A DNA stretch of 64,000 nucleotides from Macrostomum lignano (lineage: Eukaryota): NCBI GenBank assembly GCA_002269645.1, contig NIVC01000085.1, forward strand, positions 496,001 through 560,000. Reading direction: 5' to 3'. The notes beneath the pieces were generated by a model. That model was given only the letters and a program-made list of their open reading frames with translations, did not search any database and was not told the DNA's origin. Position numbers and translations under genes: made by a program. Shown piece by piece: positions 35,545 to 47,255 of the stretch (position 1 is its first letter; each line of letters starts with the position of its first letter).

Positions 35545-36930
35545 TTATGGAATGACTACCCCAGTGACCCTGAGTTAGTTACATTGGAGTGACTACCCCA
35601 GTGACCCTGAGTTAGTTACATTGGAGTGACTACCCCAGTGACCCTGAGTTAGTTACATTGGAGTGACTACCCCAGTGACCCTGAGTTACATTGGAGTGAC
35701 TACCCCAGTGACCTGGAGTTACACTGGAGTGACTAACCTGAGTGACTACCCGCAGTTACACCGGAGTAACTACCCTGAGATACACCGGAGTAACTACCCT
35801 GAGATACACCGGAGTGACTACCCTGAGTTACAACGGAGTGACTACCTTGAGTTACACCGGAGTGACTACCCTGAGTGACTACCCTCAGTTACACTGGAGT
35901 GACTACCTTGAGTTACACCGGAGTGACTACCCTGAGTTACACCGGAGTGACTACCCTGAGTTACACTGGAGTGACTACCCTGAGTTACACCGGAGTGACT
36001 ACCCTGAGTTACACCGGAGTGACTACCCTGAGTTACAACGGAGTGACTACCTTGAGTTACACCGGAGTGACTACCCTGAGTGACTACCCTCAGTTACACT
36101 GGAGTGACTACCTTGAGTTACACCGGAGTGACTACCCTGAGTTACACCGGAGTGACTACCCTGAGTTACACTGGAGTGACTACCCTGAGTTACACCGGAG
36201 TGACTACCCTGAGTTACACCGGAGTGACTACCCTGAGTTACAACGGAGTGACTACCTTGAGTTACACCGGAGTGACTACCCTGAGTGACTACCCTCAGTT
36301 ACACTGGAGTGACTACCTTGAGTTACACCGGAGTGACTACCCTGAGTTACACCGGAGTGACTACCCTGAGTTACACTGGAGTGACTACCCTGAGTTACAC
36401 CGGAGTGACTACCCTGAGTTACACCGGAGTGACTACCCTGAGTTACACCGGAGTGACTACCCTGAGCTACACCGGAGTGACTACCCTGAGTGACTACCCT
36501 GAGTTACACCGGAGTGACTACCCTGAGTTACACCGGAGTGACTACCCTGAGTTACACCGGAGTGACTACCCTGAGCTACACCGGAGTGACTACCCTGAGT
36601 TACACCGGAGTGACTACCCTGAGTTACACCGGAGTGACTACCTTGAGTTACACCGGAGTGACTACCCTGAGTTACACCGGAGTGACTACCCTGAGTTACA
36701 CCGGAGTGACTACCCTGAGTTACACCGGAGCGACTACCCCAGTGACTACCCTGAGTTACATTGGAGTGACTACCCTGAGTGACTACCCTGAGTGACTACC
36801 CTGAGTGACTACCCTGAGTGACTACCCGCAGTTACACCGGAGTGACTACCCTAAGTTACACCGGAGCGACTACCCTGAGCTACACCGGAGTGACTACCCT
36901 GAGTTACACCGGAGTGACTACCCTGAGTGA
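35545..36930. repeat. 24-bp satellite (GAGTGACTACCCTGAGTTACACCG)n with a 205-bp higher-order period
   Basis: Direct tandem copies; a 13-bp truncated unit recurs at 35875, 36080, 36285 and 36490. Confidence 0.95.
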
Positions 36931-38167
36931 CGACTCCAGAAACTCTAGAGTGACAACTTGAACTGAAAATTAATTTAATGTAAAATTTATCAGCACAAGT
37001 GCATACCATTTTAGGTACTACTGATACTGATGCTGCTAAAATTGTTATGAATTGTTGACGATCGCACTATATGCATGAACGTGATTTAACCATTTTTAAG
37101 CATGCGGTTCCACTCAATTATTGATTTCAATGACTACTAATAGTACTAGGAGTGGGATGTATTTTTTGTTTATAACCAACACAACAATCTATCCATCTGA
37201 GAACGAAAGTTGTTTAATGAAGTTTGTTGTTTATTTGCCATTACAGAGAGAGTTGCACGGCTGAATTTGAACGCAGAAACACCCCCCCCCCTCACCAATT
37301 CTAAGTGACTTGCCCTCCGCCCCTGCTTCTCACAAAAGACTGTCAGAATAAATGTCATAATTGCTTGTCCGAAGCAGCGGGGGTGCCACTCGAGAGGGGG
37401 CCACAGCTGCTGCAGCCTCCCCCCGCCCTGGGACCTGTTACAATTCTATTGCAATGTAGCTACACAAACTTAGGTTTGAGAATGTTCTCAGGGTCTTCTC
37501 AAACCCACACACACACACACAAAACAGGTCTCATGCTAATGCTGAGAATGTTAGTCGCTTTTCTCCGATGCCGCCCTATCAGCTTGAAGCGCGCTGGCGC
37601 CATTGAGAAGTGCTTGGACTGCTCAACAGGTCTATAGCAGCACTCAGTGAGCAGTGTGACAGCTGTTGGCTCGCATCACTCAGCCCAGACCGCTTCATCA
37701 CTGTGGCGCCATCTCTCAGTTTTATCTGTCCATCCATCTCTTGTCGTGTTTTTTCTTTCAATTCTCAATCTCTCTCAGAATAGGTAAATCTGTGTATTCG
37801 CGGCCACTTCAAAGTGTCAAAATAATAGCTTGCACAGGACGAAAGTCAGGACTCGTCGGGGTTTGGCTGCAGATTTGAATAGAGATCCCGTCAAAGATGA
37901 AGCTGCTATGCGGTGCGCACTTGTCAGATTACATATTCTGTATGTGAAGACTCCGGTGAAGACTCAGATTTGAGCTCAGCTGCTCACGAGTGCGTCTGGG
38001 ACAAGATTACTGGCACTGATATGATTATTGAGAGATAAAATCAAATTTATGAGAGTTGATGTAGTTTGAGTTGTTTTGAGTCTGGCTGTGATTTAATATA
38101 GTCCAGAAAAAAAGTGATGCAGTGACAAAAAAGATAAATGCAAGTAGTTTTGACACCTCTTGGCATA

Positions 38168-38266
<99 letters not shown>
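38168..38266. repeat. (ATCT)n microsatellite
   Basis: About 25 perfect copies. Confidence 0.97.
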
Positions 38267-40374
38267 AACTTTTTGTATTGACGCGAGTGAATTGATTTCG
38301 GAGTCCTACCAAGGCCGTAGCCATACTAGGCCTCAGACCAATGCGTGAAGGAGTGACAGCTTCATGCGAGAGCCTCAGCCCTCATAGTATATGCAATACC
38401 CAGCGCTGGTATGCGGGACGGGCCTCGTGCCCTCCATGGCAGAGCTGCACCCAGCTGTCTGAAACGAGACACCGGAGCGCGCGGAGCCCCGAAGCGCCCA
38501 CCAGATAATCACAGGTTTCGCTGGATGGAATTTTTTGAAATTGGACCGGAGGCGCGCGCGCGAGAGAGCAGCTCGTATTTGAGCGAGTATTCGGTGCCTA
38601 TAGAGTCGCGGTGGACTGCTCTGAGCTCGTCCTCCATCAAAACCCGCAGCCCCCCCCTCATCCCCTTTGTCCAGACTCCCTCAACCGTGCAACTCTTTGC
38701 CGAAGTTTTCTATTGGGAAATTATCTCAGCTGTGACAATGGCCCCAGCTCGATCTGTCGATTGTACAAGCTTAGGCAGTAGGGGAGAGTTCAAATGGATC
38801 TGAGAGCGTTTGGTGTAGGGAGACCTCCCACTGGGACGCACGGTGACACAGACACACAGACAGAGGCGCAAAAAGAGAGAAATACGCAAGCCTTTGACCC
38901 GCTTCTTCTTAACAGTTTTTGCTGGCTGCTGTTGATGACGCCATTGTTGTTGTTGTTGCAGCTGCATAGGACGACTTTGAAGCGCCACTTGGCACGCTAT
39001 CGGCTCGATCGGTGTCTTTGACTGACGAAATGGAAGTTCTTCAAAGTCTTAGAAAAGCTAACTTTTCAGAGCCCAGGATAGCTCTCAGTGAATCGCCTGA
39101 CGCTCTCTCTCTCTGTCGCGTGACTTGGACAAATTTTAACCTAGAGCCAGCAGGAAAGTGTGAACCAGTGTCTCCTATTTGTGGGATTGCCTTAAGACGA
39201 TTTCATCTATAGTAAAGAAGACTGCTTTCGCAACGGCACCTTGGCAAGATGGTTTGAGCATAACATCCAAAGTCAACGTTTAGATTACAAATACTCAGTG
39301 CTTGTTCAAAAAAACCGTTAAATAAGTCATTATCAAAGAGACATACATGCACAAAGCGACGTAAAATGAAGTGCAGTTCAAGCCGAGATTGTCAATTTAT
39401 CGTCGAATAAGACGCGTTCCGCGTCAACGATGTAAAAGTAACTTTAGAAAATCGAATGCTCAAAAACTTTAGTGATAGTTAACACTGCCAGTTTCGAAGT
39501 TTCCTGTTGTCAATTAATTGAGACTTCTATAGATACAGGTACCGAACTTGAGGTCCATCAAGCACTTGAATCTGCTCGAATTCCTGAAGATAGCCTACTG
39601 TTATAAATAAGGTTTTTAAGACACGCCAATATGACCTGTGTCAAATTTGTGACAATACAATATTATTAATTAATAAATTGCTGCAGGGGGTGTCTGAAGA
39701 CGCTTGACATTGCGTGACTGTCTGTAAAAGCAATTTGCAGCATGGCAACTTGAGGTGCTGTTTGTGATGTGGTGGCATGAGATCTCTCCAGTAAATTAAT
39801 CTCTGCAATTCATTTAGGTTATGTAAACCGCATTGTCAAACATCGATAACAATGTAAGCAATTTTTTATTTTTAATGTTCAAATTGTAAGAAGTAGAAAC
39901 AATTACATACTAATTAGCACCTGAAGAATCAGCGCAGGTATTGACAGTGAATTTTACAAATCATCCCTAGAAATGCCCAAACGCATTTTAGAGAATCGTC
40001 TAAGAAAAAAGCAAAAGCAAAACAGCACGGTTGAAAGCAGAAAATATGTGATATAATATAATCTGACACTTGCGTGGCGATATGTAGCACCATTTTAAAG
40101 AAACAAAGTACATAAAAAATGTCGATCACTTGATTTGATACGCAACAAATTGGGTTAAACTATCCGAAATTGGATGACTGAAACCAAGTTGATTTGGGAA
40201 AAAATTGCATGTACAAAAAAGGTGGCAAGATTCAAGGGAAATAGAGAGCACCCTTACATATTTTTGGCTTTTAAGCTTCAATGGCATTACGAAATAACAT
40301 TTAGGCATTTAAGGTAATTTTGAACTGAATAAGTTAAGACGGTGTTTTCTTGTGAAGGTAAGTTAGAAGAAGAA

Positions 40375-40860
40375 TGGTTGGATAGAGAGTAGGGCAGGGT
40401 TGAGAATGGTTGGATAGAGAGTAGGTCAGGGTTGAGAATGGTTGGATAGAGAGTAGGTCAGGTTCGAGAATGGTTGGATAGAGAGTAGGTCAGGATTGAG
40501 AATGGTTGGATAGAGAGTAGGGCAGGGTTGAGAATGGTTGGATAGAGAGTAGGGCAGGGTTGAGAATGGTTGGATAGAGAGTAGGGCAGGGTTGAGAATG
40601 GTTGGATAGAGAGTAGGTCAGGGTCGAGAATGGTTGGATAGAGAGTAGTAGGGCAGGATTGAGAATGGTTGGATAGAGAGTAGGTCAGGGTTGAGAATGG
40701 TTGGATAGAGAGTAGGGCAGGGTTGAGAATGGTTGGATAGAGAGTAGGTCAGGGTCGAGAATGGTTGGATAGAGAGTAGGGCAGGATTGAGAATGGTTGG
40801 ATAGAGAGTAGGTCAGGGTCGAGAATCGTTAGGTAGAGTAGGTCAGCGTCGAGAATCTTA
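40375..40860. repeat. 32-bp minisatellite (GAGAATGGTTGGATAGAGAGTAGGKCAGGRTY) x about 15, 3' of sp6-9
   Basis: Direct tandem copies. Confidence 0.92.
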
Positions 40861-40948
40861 GAGTAGGCAATATCAGGAAAATGAATGACAACACGAAGTT
40901 CATAGCAGAAAGTGCACGGTGAATGAGGACTGTCATCCGGGACTTCTC

Positions 40949-43900
40949 TCAGACTGAGTCCCCGCCATTCCCGTCGTCAACTGCAATGGGAGCAGACTGG
41001 CTGCCCTCTGTGTGAGTCTTGGAGTGCTTGGCCAGGTGGTCGGACCTCATGAATCGCTTGCCGCACACGGGGCACACGAAGCGTTTCTCACCGGTGTGCG
41101 TCCTCACGTGCCTCTGCAGCTCGTCCGACCGGGTGAAGCGACGGCCGCAGTGCGCCAGGCTGCAGACGAAAGGCCGTTCGCCCGTGTGCCAGCGGAGATG
41201 CGCCTTCAGGTGAGAGGTCTTGTTGTACACCTTGCCGCAGCCGGGGACGTGGCAGTTGTGCAAGCCGGTGCCGCCGCTGCCGCCGCTGCCTCCGAGCCGC
41301 AGGCGAGTCTGAGCGGCAGCTGCCGATCCGAGGCTCTCAGCTTCGCGGCAGTTCGGACAGTCGCAGGTGGCTCGACTGGAGGCGCTGCCAGACTTTTTTG
41401 GTGACTTCACGGCTGTTGGCGTTTGCTGCGGCGGCTGCTGCTGGCGTGGCTGATTTGGAGGATGTTGCTGTTGCTGATGCTGCGGCGGTTGCGGCAGATG
41501 CAACTGCGACTGTTGAGCATGAGCTCCAAAGTATCCGGTATGCTGATGCTGCTGATAGTGATGAGGCATAGTTGGAGACGGCTGACCGGCGCTCAGTTGC
41601 TGCTGACTGGAATAGAAGCTGCCACCGGGTGCGCCTGAGCCGTTGTAAGCAGTCGCGGCGTGGTGATGCTGGTGCTGATGGTAGGCGACTGTCTGCGGCT
41701 GCTCAGCTCCCGGATGTCCGTGTAGCCAGCCAAAGGCGTGCGGCAGGTCCGACAGGTACGACTGGGTGTGCCAGGCGGCCGGGTGGTGATGGTAGAGCGC
41801 CGCTGCCGCTGCCGCCGCGGCTGCCGCAGCGAATCTATCGGTAGTTTTTGAGGCAGCAGCTTCAGCTGCATGATCGCTGCGTGGATGCTGAATGATCTGC
41901 TGCTGTTGCCGGGGCGGCTGCTGCGGCTGTTGATGATGCTGATGATGCTGATGGTGAGGCAGGTACTGCTGATGCTGTGTCTGTTGCTGTTGTTGTCCGT
42001 TCTGCGGCGTCGGATATAAGTACGGCGCCAGAGAGACAGCCGCTGCGGCTGCAGCGGCCGCTGTGGCATCTTTGAACGAGTCGGCAGGAGACGCCTTCAG
42101 CGGCGAAGGCGCAGCCGGGCTGCCGCTGCTGTCTGCCGGAGCGACCAGAGCGGCTGAAGCGGAAGCTGCTTCCGGAGGACTGCGGAGATGCCTCTGCTGA
42201 TGCTGCTGCGGCTGGTGGTGATGCAGCTGAGAATCCGCTGGACCGCTAGGCAGCTGAGTGCTCTGATGAAGCTGTTGCTGCTGATGATGATGATGTAGGT
42301 GAACAGCTTCCTGTATTGATTCAGAAAATCGAGGAACAATTGGTGAGTTTAAAAGCATTACACGTCCAATTGGAGAATTCTTATCAAGAAATGTCATCAT
42401 CATCATAATTAATAGTTAGGATGCCAGTGCGGTGAAAGCTGAGCGACCTTCAACCATCTCCGTTGCCTCGGGTGAGCGGCGCGAGAGATAAAATTCCCAA
42501 CACCAATCCCCCTAGGGGGTGCAAAAAGGCATCTCGATTTCAAATCTCTGAAGAAAGGTTAGCCTCGCAGTCAGTTTAGGGGATTGTGCTCATAGGTGAG
42601 GGAACTCAGGGGGGCTGTCGCATCGCATTTGTTCGGGACTTGTCAAAACCCTGCTCACTCAGTGCTCACTGCTAGAATGAGTTTTGGTTCAGCGAAGCTG
42701 AAAATACTTTGGAGAACAGGGTTGGGTAAGTTGAGAAATAAAATGCCTGAACTTCCTTTTTCGACTGCCTTCCACCCTCCTCACTTGCCCCTCGCCCCCT
42801 CCTTGTATATCTTCTTTAACCCTCTCCTCCTACCTTCTCCCACCTCTCCTTCTAAGCTCTCGTTCTATCCTCTCATGTCTACCCTCTCCTGTCTACCCTC
42901 TCCTATCTATTCTCTCCTGTCGAGCCTCTCCTGTCTACCCTCTCCTATCTATCCTCTCCTGTCTACCCTCTCCTATCTATCCTCTCCTATCTACCCTCTC
43001 CTGTCTACCCTCTCCTGTCTACCCTCTCCTGTCTACCCTCTCCTGTCTACCCTCTCCTGTCTACCCTCTCCTGTCTACCCTCTCCTGTCTACCCTCTCCT
43101 ATCTACCCTCTCCTGTCTACCCTCTCCTGTCTACCCTCTCCTGTCTACCCTCTCCTATCTATCCTCTCCTGTCTACCCTCTCCTGTCTACCCTCTCCTGT
43201 CTACCCTCTCCTATCTATCCTCTCCTGTCTACCCTCTCCTGTCTACCCTCTCCTATCTATCCTCTCCTGTCTGCCCTCTCCTGTCTACCCTCTCCTGTCT
43301 ACCCTCTCCTATCTATCCTCTCCTATCTACCCTTTCCTGACTACCCTCTCCTATTTACCCTCTCCTGACTACCCTCTCCTGACTACCCTCTCCTATCTAC
43401 CCTCTCCTGACTACCCTCTCCTGACTACCCTCTCCTATCTACCCTCTCCTGACTACCCTCTCCTATCTACCCTCTCCTGACTACCCTCTCCTGACTACCC
43501 TCTCCTGACTACCCTCTCCTATCTACCCTCTCCTGACTACCCTCTCCTGACTACCCTCTCCTATCTACCCTTTCCTGACTACCCTCTCCTGACTACCCTC
43601 TCCTATCTATCCTCTCCTGTCTACCCTCTCCTGTCTACCCTCTCCTGTCTACCCTCTCCTATCTATCCTCTCCTGTCTACCCTCTCCTGTCTACCCTCTC
43701 CTATCTATCCTCTCCTGTCTGCCCTCTCCTGTCTACCCTCTCCTGTCTACCCTCTCCTATCTATCCTCTCCTATCTACCCTTTCCTGACTACCCTCTCCT
43801 ATTTACCCTCTCCTGACTACCCTCTCCTGACTACCCTCTCCTATCTACCCTCTCCTGACTACCCTCTCCTGACTACCCTCTCCTATCTACCCTCTCCTGA

Positions 43901-45305
43901 CTACCCTCTCCTATCTACCCTCTCCTGACTACCCTCTCCTGACTACCCTCTCCTGACTACCCTCTCCTATCTACCCTCTCCTGACTACCCTCTCCTGACT
44001 ACCCTCTCCTATCTACCCTTTCCTGACTACCCTCTCCTGACTACCCTCTCCTATCTACCCTCTCCTGACTACCCTCTCGTTCTAACCTCCTCTTCCCTCG
44101 CCTTTCACCGTCTTTATCCATTTGCTCAGTCTGCATCTCTCTCTCCATCACCCTTTCATTATTTGTCCTTCACTTTCTCTCTCTTAGTCAGTCTCTCAGA
44201 CATTGCCAGCCTCCCCCATCAGATATGCCTCATCTGTTTGTCCAGTTGGTGAGCAAATTTCTGACACTACAGTCTGACCTATAGCGAGAAGGCAGAGTCA
44301 ATAACGAATTCATGACTTGACTGACTGTCTGGGTGGCCCCCCACGCAAGAGCAGCGTCTCCTATCGAAATAATGACACACTGCAAACTTTGCCTTGACTA
44401 AAATATGCGGCCAATTTGCTACTGTCCAAGTGAGCAGCTTCCAGTGATGAAGCTGCATAATCATAATTACGAATGTTGCTTATGTTATATCTGTTGTATA
44501 ATGACCTTCATCTGCTACTCGAACAGATGTTTACATTGCTCACTTTGCTACGTGAGAATGGCATTGAATTCGTGACATTTCAAGGGGCGGATTTTTTAAG
44601 GGAAGGATTTTCAGAGGGGCGGATTTTCAGAGGAGCGGATTTTCCAAGGGGCGGGTTTGCTAAGGGGCGGATTTTCAAAGGTGCGGATTTTTAGAGGAGC
44701 GGATTTTCCAAGGGGCAGATTATCCAAGGGGCGGATTTTCAGAGGAGCGGATTTTCAGGGAGCGGATTTTCAGAGGAGCGGATTTTCCAAGGGGCGGATT
44801 TTCAGAGGAGCGGATTTTCAGAGGAGCGGATTTTCAGTGGAGCGGATTTTCCAAGGGGTGGATTTTCAGAGGGATGTATTTTCAAAGGGGCGGATTTTCC
44901 AAGGGGCGGATTTTCAGAGGGATTTATTTTCCAAGGGGCGGATTTTGAGAGGAGCGGATTTTCCAAGGGGCAGATTTTCCAAGGGGCGGATTTTCAGAGG
45001 GATGTATTTTCCAAGTGGCGGATTTTCAAAGGGATGTATTTTCCAAGGGGCGGATTTTCAAAGGTGTGGATTTTCAGAGGTGCGGATTTTCCAAGGGGCG
45101 GATTTTCTAAGGGGCGGATTTTCCAAGGGGCGGATTTTCCAAGGGGCGGATTTTCCAAGGGGCGGATTTTCAGAGGGCGGATTATCTGAGAATTAGAGCC
45201 CTTAGTTTATTTGATTTCTTATCTCATAGTAGCATACTAAACGAACAAGCAAGCACTACAAAGACTTACCTGGTGATAGCGGCCGAAATCAGTAGTGTTG
45301 TACAT
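40949..45305 (-). CDS. sp6-9: Sp6-9 (Sp8/Sp9-like) C2H2 zinc-finger transcription factor; main exon 42310-40949, candidate first exon 45305-45270 ([12 protein letters not shown])
   Basis: Buttonhead box [16 protein letters not shown] and three Sp-type fingers ([34 protein letters not shown]). The candidate exon 1 ends CAG|GTAAGT in phase 0 and matches a phase-0 acceptor ATACAG|GAA at 42311-42312. Family identity is secure; exon 1 is tentative. Confidence 0.9.
42880..44078. repeat. 14-bp minisatellite (CTACCCTCTCCTGT / ..CTAT / ..GACT variants)
   Basis: Direct tandem copies; source of spurious ORF 42596..43480. Confidence 0.93.
44582..45185. repeat. 16-bp tandem array (AGGGGCGGATTTTCCA) x about 38, GC-box-containing
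   Basis: Direct tandem copies with substitutions; most units carry GGGGCGG or GGAGCGG. Confidence 0.92.
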
Positions 45306-45639
45306 GAGTTCGCTTTGGTCCTCAAAATGCGCTTTAATATCAGTAGCAGTACTGAGTTTCTATCCAATGAAATAAAAACTTCGGGAGTAGTAAATGCTAA
45401 TTATGCTAATGAACGGGTCAGCCTAGGCTGTGGGGTAACAAAGCATACAAGATGAGTTGCCCCCGGTTATTATTACTGGCAAAAATTACAGCCTTCGGAC
45501 TGCGCGCGGTCAACGGCTTAACAAAATTCCTGTGCAAAATTCACTTCGGCTTGATGCGAAACTGGGCGGAGCTCGGGGGGCTTTGGAAACCTCTACTTAT
45601 TTGTTATTACAGGGTGGGCGAGAATGGCGATGTCCGGGG

Positions 45640-45830
45640 GTCAAGGGGGGCGGGTTGGGGCTGAGGACCCGCCCCCAACCGGCTTGCCATTGGCTGAGCC
45701 AGTGGGGTCCCGCCTCCGACTCTGTGGAGCTCCGTGGAGAGTTTCTTCTCGATGCAGTCTCGGCTGACTTCCCATTGGCTGCTGAGGGGCTGCGAGCTCT
45801 CAGCCTGCCCATCATCCAATGCTTGAATCA
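45640..45830 (-). promoter_or_regulatory. Candidate sp6-9 promoter (GC boxes and CCAAT boxes)
   Basis: GGGGGGCGGG/CCCGCCCCC near 45645-45675 and minus-strand CCAAT boxes (CAGCCAATGG twice), about 350-500 bp upstream of the candidate first exon. Confidence 0.4.
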
Positions 45831-46389
45831 TTTTCATTTTTGCCAACTGAAATTGCTTTCAAGTTTCAAATCGAGATGCGAGGCAACGGGGTTTGTAATT
45901 TTCACCGCAGGTGGGGGAGGTCGCACCTGACCGCTGCGTCACATGCGCGAACCTTGATGATGAAGCTAGGGGTGTTTATTAACAATTGCGGGAATCTGAG
46001 AGTCTGACTCTGTTAGAGGACTCGGAACTAAAGTCACACCTCGTTCACCATCCTGTGCCACCGAAACTCTCTAACAGCTCATTTTGACACCTTTTTTCAA
46101 AATGAAGAAGAGTTTTAGCGCGACAAAAAGATAAAGAGCCTAGCTGCATCAACAAGTCTGAGGGGCAAATAGGAGACATGGAGTAGAGCAACATTTGCAC
46201 CTAAACACCCATCATCGGATGCGAGTGAATTCAGTTGGCATTGGCACTTCAAAACCTGACGAAGTGTCACACATAGGAATTCAATTTTCACCTTCGCATG
46301 TAAGGCAAGAATTTTAAGAATGAAACGGGCCTGTACCAAGTTCTTTGGTTTTAGTTTTTGTTGCTAGGTCTCAAGAGAGTGGGGAGGGG

Positions 46390-47255
46390 AGGAGACGAGA
46401 GGAACGGAGATGAGACGAGAGGAGAGGACATGAGAGGAGAGGAGAGAAGGCGAGAGGAAAGGAGAGGAAAGGAGAGGAGAGGAGAGAAGAGGAGAGGAGA
46501 GAAGAGGAGAGGAGAGGAGAGGAGAGAAGAGGAGAGGAGAGGAGAGGTGAGGAGAGGAGAGGAGAGAAGGCGAGAGGAAAGGAGAGGAAAGGAGAGGAGA
46601 GGAGAGGAGAGGAGAGGAGAGGAGAGAATAGGAGAGGAGAGAAGAGGAGAGGAGAGAAGAGGAGAGGAGAGGAGAGGAGAGGAGAGGAGAGGAGAGGAGA
46701 GGAGAGGAGAGAAGAGGAGAGGAGAGGAGAGGAGAGGAGAGGAGAGAAGAGGAGAGGAGAGGAGAGGAGAGGAGAGAAGAGGAGAGGAGAGAAGAAGAGA
46801 GGAGAGGAGAGGAGAGGAGAGGAGAGGAGAGGAGAGGAGAGGAGAGAAGAGGAGAGGAGAGAAGAGGAGAGGAGAGAAGAGGAGAGGAGAGGAGAGGAGA
46901 GGAGAGAAGAGGAGAGGAGAGGAGAGGAGAGGAGAGGAGAGGAGAGGAGAGGAGAGGAGAGGAGAGAAGAGGAGAGGAGAGGAGAGGAGAGGAGAGGAGA
47001 GGAGAGAAGAGGAGAGAAGAGGAGAGGAGAGGAGAGGAGAGGAGAGAAGAGGAGAGGAGAGAAGAGGAGAGGAGAGGAGAGGAGAGGAGAGGAGAGAAGA
47101 GGAGAGAAGAGGAGAGGAGAGAAGAGGAGAGGAGAGAAAAGGAGAGGAGAGAAAAGGAGAGGAGAGAAAAGGAGAGGAGAGAAGAGGAGAGGAGAGAAGA
47201 GGAGAGGAGAGAAGAGGAGAGGAGAGAAGAGGAGAGGAGAGAAGAGAAGAGGAGA
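46390..47255. repeat. (GAGAG)n/(GGAGA)n pentanucleotide microsatellite
   Basis: About 860 bp; source of the ERRGE and SSPLL ORFs. Confidence 0.97.

Noticed and set aside
35663-36795. TTLSYTGV / SDYPELHR repeat ORFs and a CRISPR-like appearance
   Set aside because: Head-to-tail 24-bp monomers with no unique spacers and no cas genes; eukaryotic context.
37560-39000. Possible minus-strand gene (MQLQQQQWRHQQQPAKTVKKKRVKGL near 38890-38970; GC/GA-rich promoter-like block at 38400-38700)
   Set aside because: No consistent exon chain or recognisable domain could be built, so it is left uncalled.
41012-42339. Plus-strand ORFs over sp6-9 (and many similar ORFs antisense to the Gypsy pol genes, cGLR and SLC22)
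   Set aside because: Shadow ORFs of GC-rich coding sequence with no motifs of their own.
42311-42406. [12 protein letters not shown]... as the true Sp6-9 N-terminus
   Set aside because: AT-rich and ends in a pyrimidine-rich acceptor in phase with an upstream exon; more likely intron, though not excluded.
44657-45196. Pentapeptide-repeat-like ORF (GADF...GRIF)
   Set aside because: The 16-bp DNA period rotates through all three frames, so the protein pattern is a by-product.
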